From Candidatus Babeliales bacterium (GTDB taxonomy: Bacteria > Babelota > Babeliae > Babelales > JANWKD01), in assembly GCA_963762115.1 (NCBI GenBank), contig CAVXJH010000003.1, forward strand, positions 399,493-463,492: a DNA stretch of 64,000 nucleotides. Reading direction: 5' to 3'. The notes under the pieces were generated by a model, which was not told the DNA's origin, did no database searches, and saw nothing but the letters and a program-made list of their open reading frames with translations. Shown one piece after another: positions 21,058 to 33,099 of the stretch (within the stretch, counting starts at the first letter, position 1; every line of letters begins with the position of its first letter). A program made the translations under genes and the position numbers.

Positions 21058-21133
21058 TGGAGCCGATGATCGGAGTCGAACCGACGACCTATTGATTACG
21101 AATCAATTGCTCTACCAACTGAGCTACATCGGC
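21058..21133 (-). tRNA. tRNA-Thr(CGT)
   Basis: GCCGATGTAGCTCAGTTGGTAGAGC...TTCGTAA...GGTTCGACTCC...CCA cloverleaf. Confidence 0.95.
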
Positions 21134-21195
21134 TTATTTTGTTGTATGGTAACAAAAAATAAGCTTTTTGTATAAATTTTTTTAAGAAAAGTATA

Positions 21196-21570
21196 TTAAG
21201 ATTCTTTTTTTTCTTCTAATTGTTCTTGGCATAGTAAACAACGTGTTGCATTGGGATATAATTTAAGACGTTTTTCTGATATTGGTTGACCGCAATCATA
21301 ACAAGTACCATAGGTGCCATCTTCAATCATTTCTATTGCTTTAAGGATACGATTATATTCTTCTAGTTCTGCATCTTGTAAGGAAATTTTCAAGGTTTCC
21401 AGCGACGATGAAGAAGCTTGATCTCCTATATCCTGCACTTCACCAGTAACTTTTTGAGAATAAAGTTCTGCAAGCTCAGTATCAAGTTCTTTTTTACGTT
21501 CAAGCAAAGCATTTTTTACTTCTTCAAACTGCTTTTTTTTTGATTCAGCTTGGTTTCTTTCATCACTCAC
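21196..21570 (-). CDS. dksA: TraR/DksA family zinc-finger regulator
   Basis: DIGDQA coiled-coil tip; YGTCYDCG...RCLLCQ. Confidence 0.8.
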   Translation of the reverse strand: MSDERNQAESKKKQFEEVKNALLERKKELDTELAELYSQKVTGEVQDIGDQASSSSLETLKISLQDAELEEYNRILKAIEMIEDGTYGTCYDCGQPISEKRLKLYPNATRCLLCQEQLEEKKES

Positions 21571-22060
21571 TCTTTGATTTCCTTTTTTGTTTAAAAAACT
21601 TTTTTAATAATGCCGATGCTTCTTGCTCACCAATGCCCCCTATGATGTGCAAAGTGTCTCTTCTATATACCTGAAGGGGACCACTATTGTCAAGATGATA
21701 CCCAAAAATTGGTGATTTCGCCCCAAAGACCAATCCTTGAAATCGGCTCATCAAAATCAGGTTCATGCACATTGAACAAGGCTCCAAAGTCACATATAAC
21801 CAACATCCCTCAAGACGCCAATTGCCCATTTTCTTGCAAGCCTTTTCAATTGCCCTGATTTCAGCATGAGCAGTTTGCTGCTGACATTTCTCTACTAGGT
21901 TATAGGCACGGCCAATGATTTTGCCATCAGATGAAACGATAACTGCCCCTATAGGAACCTCGTTCTTATCATAGGCTTTTTGGGCTTGCTTAAGGGCTTG
22001 GTGCATATATTTTGAGTGATTATCGACAGAAATAGTATTCTTCATAGAAAAAATTTTCAA
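21563..22060 (-). CDS. tadA: tRNA adenosine(34) deaminase
   Basis: EVPIGAV, AHAE, TLEPCSMC. Confidence 0.9.
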   Translation of the reverse strand: MKIFSMKNTISVDNHSKYMHQALKQAQKAYDKNEVPIGAVIVSSDGKIIGRAYNLVEKCQQQTAHAEIRAIEKACKKMGNWRLEGCWLYVTLEPCSMCMNLILMSRFQGLVFGAKSPIFGYHLDNSGPLQVYRRDTLHIIGGIGEQEASALLKKFFKQKRKSKSE

Positions 22061-22120
22061 AAAAATATTTATTGATATAATAAGAGAAAATCAAGGGATT
22101 TTATAACAAGTATACTCATT

Positions 22121-22562
22121 CTTAACATTTTAAGGAAATACGATGAATATTCAAAAAAACACTTTTATGTGGGCACTATTGATAGCTAACTTACTCTTTA
22201 ATATGCCAACTTTACTTAAAGCAGACATGCAAAACACTGAAGAAGCATTAAATAGCTTTGAAGAAACCTTGAACGCAGGCCACGAACAAACAAAATGCAT
22301 AATGGAGTGTTTTTATAAACATCAAAAAGAATCAGATAAAATGGAATGTACAATGTGTTCACAAGAATGTGAAATGGCATATTTAAAAAAAATTATAGCA
22401 ATTCAGAGAAAAAAAAATGAAGCTCTTCAGCAAAATAAATCTGATAAATCTAACTAACTTAACGTTTTAAGGAAATACGATGAATATTCAAAAAAACACT
22501 TTTATGTGGGCATTATTGGTAGCTAACTTGCTCTTTAATATGCCAACTTTACTTAAAGCAGA
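22121..22562 (+). repeat. 105-bp direct repeat (22121-22225 / 22458-22562) covering RBS + signal peptide
   Basis: 4 mismatches; identity stops at the predicted cleavage site. Confidence 0.9.
22143..22457 (+). CDS. Small exported protein with twin CX3C motifs (paralog 1)
   Basis: Signal peptide ...LLKA; CIMEC and CSQEC. Confidence 0.75.
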   Translation: MNIQKNTFMWALLIANLLFNMPTLLKADMQNTEEALNSFEETLNAGHEQTKCIMECFYKHQKESDKMECTMCSQECEMAYLKKIIAIQRKKNEALQQNKSDKSN

Positions 22563-22815
22563 AAATAAAGAAACAAAAGAATATGATGAGCTACACAGTT
22601 CACTTGAAGCATTAAAAAATGATATAAAGGCATGTAAAGATGTTTCAGGGGAACTAGAACTTGTACTGAGTGCACACTTAGAAAAAGCATTTTGCAATCT
22701 TGAATGCGCATCTAAAAAACAAGATAAAACAATATGCCAGAACAAATGTGAAGTTGAACATTTAAGAAAAATTGTACATTTTTGGCAAAATAAAGTTAAT
22801 AATTCTAACAAATAA
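22480..22815 (+). CDS. Small exported protein with twin CX3C motifs (paralog 2)
   Basis: Near-identical signal peptide; CNLEC and CQNKC. Confidence 0.75.
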   Translation: MNIQKNTFMWALLVANLLFNMPTLLKAENKETKEYDELHSSLEALKNDIKACKDVSGELELVLSAHLEKAFCNLECASKKQDKTICQNKCEVEHLRKIVHFWQNKVNNSNK

Positions 22816-23282
22816 ATGCATTTTTTGTGTTAAGTATTTTACTTCTCTCAAAATATCTTAAAATAGATTCCCATCTTATTATTTTTCGGCCCTATGCGGG
22901 CAGCACAAAGGTATTGTTTGCCCAATACCTTTGATACAAGGGCACATAAGAGAATTCTCTTATGTATCTCTTTGACGCAAAAAAGTCGGACTTGATCATT
23001 ACGTGCTCAAAGTCCTCCACCAGTTTTGCTAATGGGGAAATTTTTAATTTTATCCGATGACTTGCAATTGATAATTATCGTAGCATTACAACTGTCACCC
23101 TGAGCCAGTAGCTTAATTCCTACGGCAATAAAATTGTCTCTGAATAACAATCTTTTCTACATGATTTTATAACAATGCCCAAGCTACTGCTTAGCGATAA
23201 TAGTCATTAATATTGTTCCGGTAGTGCGTTGTGCACCCGAAAGAATGATGCGCAGCATCATGATGTGTGGTGCATATACGCG

Positions 23283-24744
23283 CTACTCTTTACCCACATT
23301 TTTACTATAATTAACGAGATACAGAGTTAATATATCAAAAAAAGAAAAGTAAAAAATGATTAAAGAATTGTGGGCAGCAAATGAGACTAATCGTATGTCA
23401 TTAAAAGATAAACGCAGAAATGAAAGAGTTAGAATACTTCTAGAGGCCGTTGCCGATAGCCCATCAGCAAGCATTTTACAAGCTTGCAACGGAGAAAATG
23501 CACAAGCAAAAGGTGCTTATCGTTTTCTTGCCACAACAGAAATTGATGAACAAGATATTCTCGAAGGACATTATCAAGCAACCGTCGAAAGAGCTGAAAA
23601 TGCTGATGGAAAAGTCATTATTGTTAGCGATGGCATGGATGCATCTTTTAAAAATCTTAAAAAAACTTCAGGGTTAGGAACTCTATCTAATACAAAAAGT
23701 TCACTTGGAATAAAAGTTCAAAATACGTATGTATTTAGTGAAAATTTTATTCCATTAGGGCTAATAAATCAAAAGTATTGGATACGCAATAAAGAAGATT
23801 TTGGCAAAAAAAAACATAAGCTAAGGTTGCCTACAAAGGAAAAAGAATCTTATAATTGGATTGAATCAATTTATCAAATAGAAAAAAAGCTTCCTATAAA
23901 TAAAAGCTATTTATTTATAGGTGATGGTGGTGCCGATATTTATGATTTATTAACAGCAGAAAGGCGTGTAAATAGCGATTTACTCATTCATCTTGTGCAA
24001 AATAGAAATATACAGAACGAAGAAGAGCGTCTCTTTGAATTGCTGGAAAAACAATCAGTATTAGGCGTTATAACGAAAGAATTAGAACGTACAAAAACTC
24101 ATTCTAAGAGAACTGCAAAGTTAGCGATTAGAGTCAAAGAAGTCGAAATTTGTTCTCCTTTAAATCGAAAAAATGAAAAATTACCAACCATACATTTAAC
24201 AGCGATTTATGTGCAAGAAATAGAATATGACAACTCAGTAAATGATCCAATAGTATGGCGACTTATTACTACGATTAAAGTTCAATCATTGGAAGAAGCT
24301 GAAAAGCTTATTGCCCTTTACTCAAAACGTTGGCTCATTGAACGCTATCATTATATTTTAAAAGAAGGTTGTCGCATAGAAAAATTTCAAATGGAATCGG
24401 TTGATAACCTAAAAAGAACCTTGGCTGTTTACTCAATTGCTGCCTGGCGTTTAATTTATATCACTTATCTTGCAAGAATTAAACCTGATGCCCCATGTAA
24501 TTTAATTCTTACAACCGATGAAGCTGATGCGTTATATTGCACGCATCATAAAACTCTTACATTGCCCCCCAAATCTTTTTCTGTTAAAGAAGCAACTCAA
24601 ATGATAGCAAAATTAGGAGGTTTTCTTGGCAGGAAAAACGATAAAGATCCTGGTGCAAAAGTTTTGTGGCAGGGATTATTTCGGCTAGAAGCCATTACAC
24701 AAGCTTATCTTTTATTTAAAGAACTAAATGTGGGTAAAGAGTAG
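23283..24744 (+). mobile_element. IS4-family (IS50/Tn5-like) insertion sequence, 1462 bp
   Basis: Terminal IRs CTACTCTTTACCCACATTT; flanking direct repeat CATATACGCG at 23273-23282 and 24745-24754. Confidence 0.95.
23356..24744 (+). CDS. IS4 family (Tn5-like) DDE transposase
   Basis: DKRRNER, AYRFL, YSKRWLIERYHYILK (YREK), LGGFLGRKNDKDPG; stop codon lies in the right IR. Confidence 0.95.
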   Translation: MIKELWAANETNRMSLKDKRRNERVRILLEAVADSPSASILQACNGENAQAKGAYRFLATTEIDEQDILEGHYQATVERAENADGKVIIVSDGMDASFKNLKKTSGLGTLSNTKSSLGIKVQNTYVFSENFIPLGLINQKYWIRNKEDFGKKKHKLRLPTKEKESYNWIESIYQIEKKLPINKSYLFIGDGGADIYDLLTAERRVNSDLLIHLVQNRNIQNEEERLFELLEKQSVLGVITKELERTKTHSKRTAKLAIRVKEVEICSPLNRKNEKLPTIHLTAIYVQEIEYDNSVNDPIVWRLITTIKVQSLEEAEKLIALYSKRWLIERYHYILKEGCRIEKFQMESVDNLKRTLAVYSIAAWRLIYITYLARIKPDAPCNLILTTDEADALYCTHHKTLTLPPKSFSVKEATQMIAKLGGFLGRKNDKDPGAKVLWQGLFRLEAITQAYLLFKELNVGKE

Positions 24745-24890
24745 CATATACGCGCGGGAAAAATGATCCAACGGAACGTTGGTGCACTTGTATCCAATGT
24801 ATTGTGCAAGCAATACATTGGTGCTGCCCGCATAGGGCCGATAGATAATAAAGATTTTGATTTTTAATTCTAAGGAACTAATTTTATTAT

Positions 24891-24920
24891 CTGGATCCCC
24901 ACGCTACGCTCGGGAAGACA
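24891..24920. repeat. REP/RPE-like short palindrome
   Basis: Reverse strand TGTCTTCCCGAGCGTAGCGTGGGGATCCAG resembles TGTCATCCCG...GGGATCCA-type extragenic palindromes. Confidence 0.5.
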
Positions 24921-25098
24921 ATTCTGCACATTAAGCTCTCATTAAATTAATAAAATTCGATGGAAAGCCGCAAAAATACAAAAAATATTTTTCACAATTT
25001 CATTTCATAGTAATACCTTGTAAAAAAATAGAAAAATAATCTAAATTCTTTTATACTAAGCGTAATTGAATTTATAGTTTTTATACCAACTTCGTTAA

Positions 25099-28115
<3,017 letters not shown>

Positions 28116-28171
28116 ATTCCCCCTTTAAACCAGTAAATAAATGCCATTAATCAAAAATATACATAATACAA

Positions 28172-28199
28172 TTGACTTTTATCAATAATATTTTATAAT
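28172..28199 (+). promoter_or_regulatory. Sigma70-like promoter of the four-gene array
   Basis: TTGACT-N16-TATAAT. Confidence 0.55.
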
Positions 28200-28248
28200 T
28201 GAATATAATTACAATGATTTATCTTATTTTAATAAAAGGGACAAAGAT

Positions 28249-29208
28249 ATGAAATCACTATTTCTTAAAGGTTTAAACCTGTTATTTGCAGTTGCACTCT
28301 TTGCAACAATAAATACATATGCAATGGAACAACAAGAAGAAGTTGCAGAGCCTATTTCTGCTCAAGCGCAAACTGATAATGTTATTGAACGTATGTATAA
28401 TGCTTTTAGCAAACAACTTGATGAAAGATTTCCAGAAGCACCTACAAATTTTTATGAAGCAATTGTACGCCTTCAAAGCATTGCAAAATTACTTGAAAAA
28501 TCTGAGATTGAACTCTGTGAAAATTTCAACGCTACACAAGAAAGTTGTATAATAAATGGCATTGAACAACCATATCATATGCTTCATCCAATTTTTAAAC
28601 ATTGGTTTCAAAGCGCTTGCAACAAAACTCTTCTTGAACATACAAAATCTATTGAAGCAATTGATCTAATATTTGATTTATTAAGTAAAATAACAACAGA
28701 GAACAATATCGAAAATTACAAAAAAGCAATTGAATCTTTGCCCCATGTTATTGCTGAATATATCAAAGAAGAATTTATTGAAATGCATGGCTGGAAATAT
28801 AAAAATAAAGGCTGGCTGACTGACTTTAAACCTCAAATGACTTTTGATGATAATGAAAACATGATAAATGTCGAATTTATTAAAGATAATTATCATGTTC
28901 GTGGATATTATTTGAAAGCAATCGATCAACCAATAATCGTTGTAATTAATTTAAATAATGGAACATATCCCTATATGGCGTTTAACGCTCATGCAACATT
29001 ACCACCAATGCTTTCAGACCTTTTGAACAATTTTTTTCATATTCCATTACCAGAAAGCGGTGTTTACCCTCCACTTTGGGAAAAACCAACATTTGAACAA
29101 TCATTAAAAAATTGTATCCAAGAAAACGCTAAAACATTAATAGGAAAAATAAAAAGACAAATCCAATCAACATTTTATTCTTTTAGCGAATTTATGGATC
29201 GATTTTAA
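28249..29208 (+). CDS. Exported array protein 1
   Basis: Signal + AMEQ; family domain PTNFYEAIVRLQSIA...PYHMLHPIFKHWF. Confidence 0.8.
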   Translation: MKSLFLKGLNLLFAVALFATINTYAMEQQEEVAEPISAQAQTDNVIERMYNAFSKQLDERFPEAPTNFYEAIVRLQSIAKLLEKSEIELCENFNATQESCIINGIEQPYHMLHPIFKHWFQSACNKTLLEHTKSIEAIDLIFDLLSKITTENNIENYKKAIESLPHVIAEYIKEEFIEMHGWKYKNKGWLTDFKPQMTFDDNENMINVEFIKDNYHVRGYYLKAIDQPIIVVINLNNGTYPYMAFNAHATLPPMLSDLLNNFFHIPLPESGVYPPLWEKPTFEQSLKNCIQENAKTLIGKIKRQIQSTFYSFSEFMDRF

Positions 29209-29263
29209 TGAAACATAATAAAAAAACTCTTATTTTTTAATTAGAACGTAGAGGAATATGTAT

Positions 29264-30220
29264 ATGAAATCACTATTTTTTAAAAGGTTAACACCTTTAT
29301 TACTCACCGTTACACTCTTTGCAGCAATAAATATACAAGCAATGGAACAAGAAGAAGGACAAGAACCTTTTTCTGCTCAAGAACAAAGCGCCAATGCCGA
29401 TAATGTTGTTGAACGTATATATAATGCTTTTAGCAAACAACTTGACGAAAGATTCACAGAATCACCTACAAATTTTCGCGAAGCAATTGCACAACTCAGA
29501 TGTATTGCACGATTACTTGAAGAATCTGAAGTTGAACTTCTTGAAGATTTCAACGTTACACAAGAAAACTGCACAATACATGGTATTAAACAACCATATC
29601 ATATGCTTCATCCAATTTTTAAACATTGGTTCAAAAATGCTTACGAAAAAATCCTTCTTGAACATCCAAAAGTTATTGAAGCTGCTGATGTAATTCTTGA
29701 AAGATTAAGTGAAAATGTTTCTCATGAAAATATGAATAATTATGATAAAGCAATTACAAATCTGCCAAAAATTGTTACTGAATGCATCCAAGATCAATTC
29801 ATTGATATACATGGTTGGCCACACAATATAAAACCCTCAATCACATTCAATGATTCGGGAGTAAAGCACATTTCATTTCTTCAAGATAATTATGTTTTTG
29901 AAGGATTTGGAACTGGTTGGATACATAAAACACGGTCACAACAAAGTCATTTAGAAAATATCAATAATAATCCTTCAGCATGGCTTAGCCGCAGCTCTAC
30001 ATTGGTTGATGGAAAATTAGCAACAGGAATTGCATACGAATTAGGATTAGCTGAAGAAATAAACGGAGATATTAAACCATTAAAAGCCTCTAATGATAAA
30101 GAAGAACCAAGTGGTGTATTACCACCTCTTTGGGAAAAACCAACATTTAAAGAAGCTCTTAAAAAACGAGCTGAAGAAAATAAATTAAAGAAAAATAGAA
30201 ATAGATGTATTATAAGTTAA
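29264..30220 (+). CDS. Exported array protein 2, C-terminal CaaX (CIIS)
   Basis: Paralog of 28249; ends KLKKNRNRCIIS. Confidence 0.8.
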   Translation: MKSLFFKRLTPLLLTVTLFAAINIQAMEQEEGQEPFSAQEQSANADNVVERIYNAFSKQLDERFTESPTNFREAIAQLRCIARLLEESEVELLEDFNVTQENCTIHGIKQPYHMLHPIFKHWFKNAYEKILLEHPKVIEAADVILERLSENVSHENMNNYDKAITNLPKIVTECIQDQFIDIHGWPHNIKPSITFNDSGVKHISFLQDNYVFEGFGTGWIHKTRSQQSHLENINNNPSAWLSRSSTLVDGKLATGIAYELGLAEEINGDIKPLKASNDKEEPSGVLPPLWEKPTFKEALKKRAEENKLKKNRNRCIIS

Positions 30221-30263
30221 AATCCATCTAGCATTTTTTAATCATATAGAAGGGACAATTTTT

Positions 30264-32132
30264 ATGAAATTATATATTAAACAGGGCAAAAAGGCCTTAT
30301 TACTTTCTCTCGTATTATTTACCGGAATCACACTCAATGCAATGGAACAACAAGATAAGCCTGAATATAGTTCTTTCGTTGATAATCTAGAGATAGTACT
30401 AAAAAGAAATAACAAACAACTCTGCGCAAAGCTTCTTCATCATTTCAATGAAGAAATTGAACAAAAAGAAGTAATTGAACAAGTTTCTATAGTTGCAAAT
30501 TTAATACCATATGCTGCACAAAAAAGTAATCAAGTAACCTCTGTACTTTGCAATGCACTGGTAAAAATTGTCCAGGCTAACGACTCATTAGCCTCAATAA
30601 TTAAAGAAAAGATAAATCCTGTTATTCACACTTTAGTAGCACACCAAAGAAAAAAGGCTTTAAAAAAACTTCTTTGTATATTTGCTGATAACACTGAATC
30701 GGAAGAATATACAAGGATTAATCAAATTATACAAAGTAAGTTACAAAAAGGATTAACCGTATTTAATCCAGAAGAAAATTCTACCACAAAAGAAGCACTA
30801 AAATATATTTATTCTACTATTGATTTGATACAAGAATCGATATCAAACCCACAACGCACAGTAATATTCTGCAATATGTTGCTAGGTCATTTTATTAGCC
30901 AAGAAAAAAATTTCAGAACAGACATGCAAAAAATTATTTCTCCAATCATTCATCCTCTAATTCAAGCTAATAACATTGAAGCATTAAAACAAATTCGATA
31001 TATTTTCTCTGATTTTAAAGATAAAGATACACAAGAATACAAAATCATACATAAAGCAATTAAAAAATATAATTCAGTAATAAAATCCAAGCAAAATGAA
31101 CAGCTTGCAAAATTATCAGAAAAAAGTCCTCATGAAAAAGTTGCAACTGAAGATAACGATCAAGAATTAAACTTTGCTCGCACTGTTAGTACAAGGGAAA
31201 CTACCAATCCAAGTGCGACTACTTTTGAAAATCCAATTGATTTTATGAGATTACAAAAGGAATCTGCTGAACTTACTGGTGTTCCGCTCTCAGATGAAGA
31301 AGCTGATGCATTTTTGATTAGAATTTTAGAAGAACACATCGACAATCACCCTTCTTGCAAGAAAATACCAAAAACATTTTATGAAGCTTTAGTGCGTCTT
31401 CAATGCATTGCTCGTTTGTTTGATAAAACTCGCTTTTATATAGGTGATATGGAAATTACAGAGAATGATTGTGTGATTAATAACTTAGTTCTTCCTCATC
31501 ATATGACAAATAAAAGATTTAAACAGTGTTTTGATATTGTCAAAAATCGAACCGTACTTCTTTCCCATGAAAAATCTGTTGAAGCAATAAATATCATTCT
31601 TGAAAGCATCAGTAAAAAAGTAAAACCAGAAACGGCAGCCGAATATATAAAAGCAATTAATTGTTTACCCTCTTTTTTTTCTCATAACATTAAAAAGCAA
31701 TTTAATAGAATGATGTATCAAGAATTATATAATATTCCTTTGATAACAACGGGTTTAAATTTTATTGGTTCGTTTGTTAATTATGACATAGTAAAAACCA
31801 AAATTAAACCTTATGAAGTTATCTTCGATGAAGAAGACAGGATAACATCATTCAAATTTAAAAAATCTGGAATTAACGTTGAAATATCTAACATACATTG
31901 GATAGGACAGGATCCTTGGGGTAAAGCAGTTATGGGAAGTGAAACATGTTATGGTACTGATCTAAACAATTTACACACTCTTCTAAATAGAAAATTTGAG
32001 GGACGAGCAACATATTTTGATGAAAACGACTTTATTTGGCGACTAAATTTTGAAGAAATGTTACAAAAACGTGCTCATGAAAATGAAAACAAGACACAAG
32101 AAAAGCAACAATCAAAATGCATTATAAGTTAG
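30264..32132 (+). CDS. Exported array protein 3, mosaic, C-terminal CaaX (CIIS)
   Basis: Two helical repeats shared with protein 4, plus the PKTFYEALVRLQCIA domain shared with proteins 1 and 2; ends QSKCIIS. Confidence 0.8.
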   Translation: MKLYIKQGKKALLLSLVLFTGITLNAMEQQDKPEYSSFVDNLEIVLKRNNKQLCAKLLHHFNEEIEQKEVIEQVSIVANLIPYAAQKSNQVTSVLCNALVKIVQANDSLASIIKEKINPVIHTLVAHQRKKALKKLLCIFADNTESEEYTRINQIIQSKLQKGLTVFNPEENSTTKEALKYIYSTIDLIQESISNPQRTVIFCNMLLGHFISQEKNFRTDMQKIISPIIHPLIQANNIEALKQIRYIFSDFKDKDTQEYKIIHKAIKKYNSVIKSKQNEQLAKLSEKSPHEKVATEDNDQELNFARTVSTRETTNPSATTFENPIDFMRLQKESAELTGVPLSDEEADAFLIRILEEHIDNHPSCKKIPKTFYEALVRLQCIARLFDKTRFYIGDMEITENDCVINNLVLPHHMTNKRFKQCFDIVKNRTVLLSHEKSVEAINIILESISKKVKPETAAEYIKAINCLPSFFSHNIKKQFNRMMYQELYNIPLITTGLNFIGSFVNYDIVKTKIKPYEVIFDEEDRITSFKFKKSGINVEISNIHWIGQDPWGKAVMGSETCYGTDLNNLHTLLNRKFEGRATYFDENDFIWRLNFEEMLQKRAHENENKTQEKQQSKCIIS

Positions 32133-32170
32133 AATATATATTTTTTAAACCATATAGAAGGGACAATTCT

Positions 32171-33007
32171 ATGAAATTATTTATAAAACAAGGTAAAAAC
32201 ACCTTATTACTTTCTCTCGTATTATTTACCGGAATCACGCTTCAGGCAATGGAACAACAAGGGAGCGAATACGGCTATTTAGTTGATACTCTTGATGCAG
32301 CAATGAAATCATCAAATCCCACTGCTTGCAAAGATCTTTTCGAAAGCTTTAGTAATGATCTTAACCAAAAAGATCCAATCGAACGAGCTGCTATTGTTGT
32401 TGGCTTAACACAAGAAGCAGCAGCGAAAAAAAATGAACAATTAACAGGGGTATTTTGCAATGCACTCGTTAGTATTTATAACACTAGCCCCGGAATAACA
32501 GAAGCAATGCAAGAAATAATAAGCCCTGTCATTCGTCCTTTGGCAGAGCACAAACAAATATCAGCATTGGGAAAAATTCACTGTATTTTTTCTAACAATA
32601 TTGAAAGCGAAGAATATAGACAAATTGATGAAGCAATTAAAAATAAATTGCACGGTAATACAACAGTAAATACTGATGAAGATGAAGCAATTGCAAGATT
32701 ATTACAAGAAGAAGTTCAAAGTCCTGATGACAATTTTGCACCTAAAGATAACGATCTCAACAGGGCACTAGCATTAAGTTTACAAACAGGCAGACAAGAT
32801 GACGAACAAGCAGAATTAGAAAAAGCACTGCGTGCAAGCAGATTTACCAACCCTAGCGCACCCGTACTAACAGACATCGAAGAAGATGATGCAGTATTAC
32901 GTATTGCACTCGCAGAAAGCTTACAAGTAAACACACCAAATACCAACTCAAATCCAAGCATCTGGAACAATCTCCGCAACATATTTTTAGACGGCTTTGG
33001 TAGTTAA
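32171..33007 (+). CDS. Exported array protein 4 with tandem ubiquitin-interacting motifs
   Basis: Start at ATG 32171 by homology with 30264; DLNRALALSL, ELEKALRASR, VLRIALAESL. Confidence 0.8.
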   Translation: MKLFIKQGKNTLLLSLVLFTGITLQAMEQQGSEYGYLVDTLDAAMKSSNPTACKDLFESFSNDLNQKDPIERAAIVVGLTQEAAAKKNEQLTGVFCNALVSIYNTSPGITEAMQEIISPVIRPLAEHKQISALGKIHCIFSNNIESEEYRQIDEAIKNKLHGNTTVNTDEDEAIARLLQEEVQSPDDNFAPKDNDLNRALALSLQTGRQDDEQAELEKALRASRFTNPSAPVLTDIEEDDAVLRIALAESLQVNTPNTNSNPSIWNNLRNIFLDGFGS

Positions 33008-33017
33008 TACTATTTCA

Positions 33018-33053
33018 ATGAACTGGTCATGCACCAATGTATGACCAGTTCAT
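33018..33053 (+). terminator. Long hairpin closing the array
   Basis: atgaactggtcatgca-ccaa-tgtatgaccagttcat. Confidence 0.65.
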
Positions 33054-33099
33054 GAACAAGAATCGTACAATACCAAAAAATATGATAGGCTAACCCATT

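Larger units (their letters stand above)
22876..24851. repeat. Palindromic element bounded by 70-bp inverted repeats (22876-22945 / 24782-24851), interrupted by an IS
   Basis: Arms match at 61/70 positions; core cggccctatgcgggcagcac is exact; each arm has an internal hairpin. Confidence 0.85.

Noticed and set aside
22980-23020. RNase P/tmRNA/6S candidate (AAAGTCC-like words)
   Set aside because: No full conserved helices or termini recognisable
23283-23489. Antisense ORF ending NVGKE like the transposase
   Set aside because: The identical ending simply results from reading the terminal inverted repeat
28730-28780. F-box-like LP..I...I motif in array proteins
   Set aside because: Too short and internal to call without a profile search
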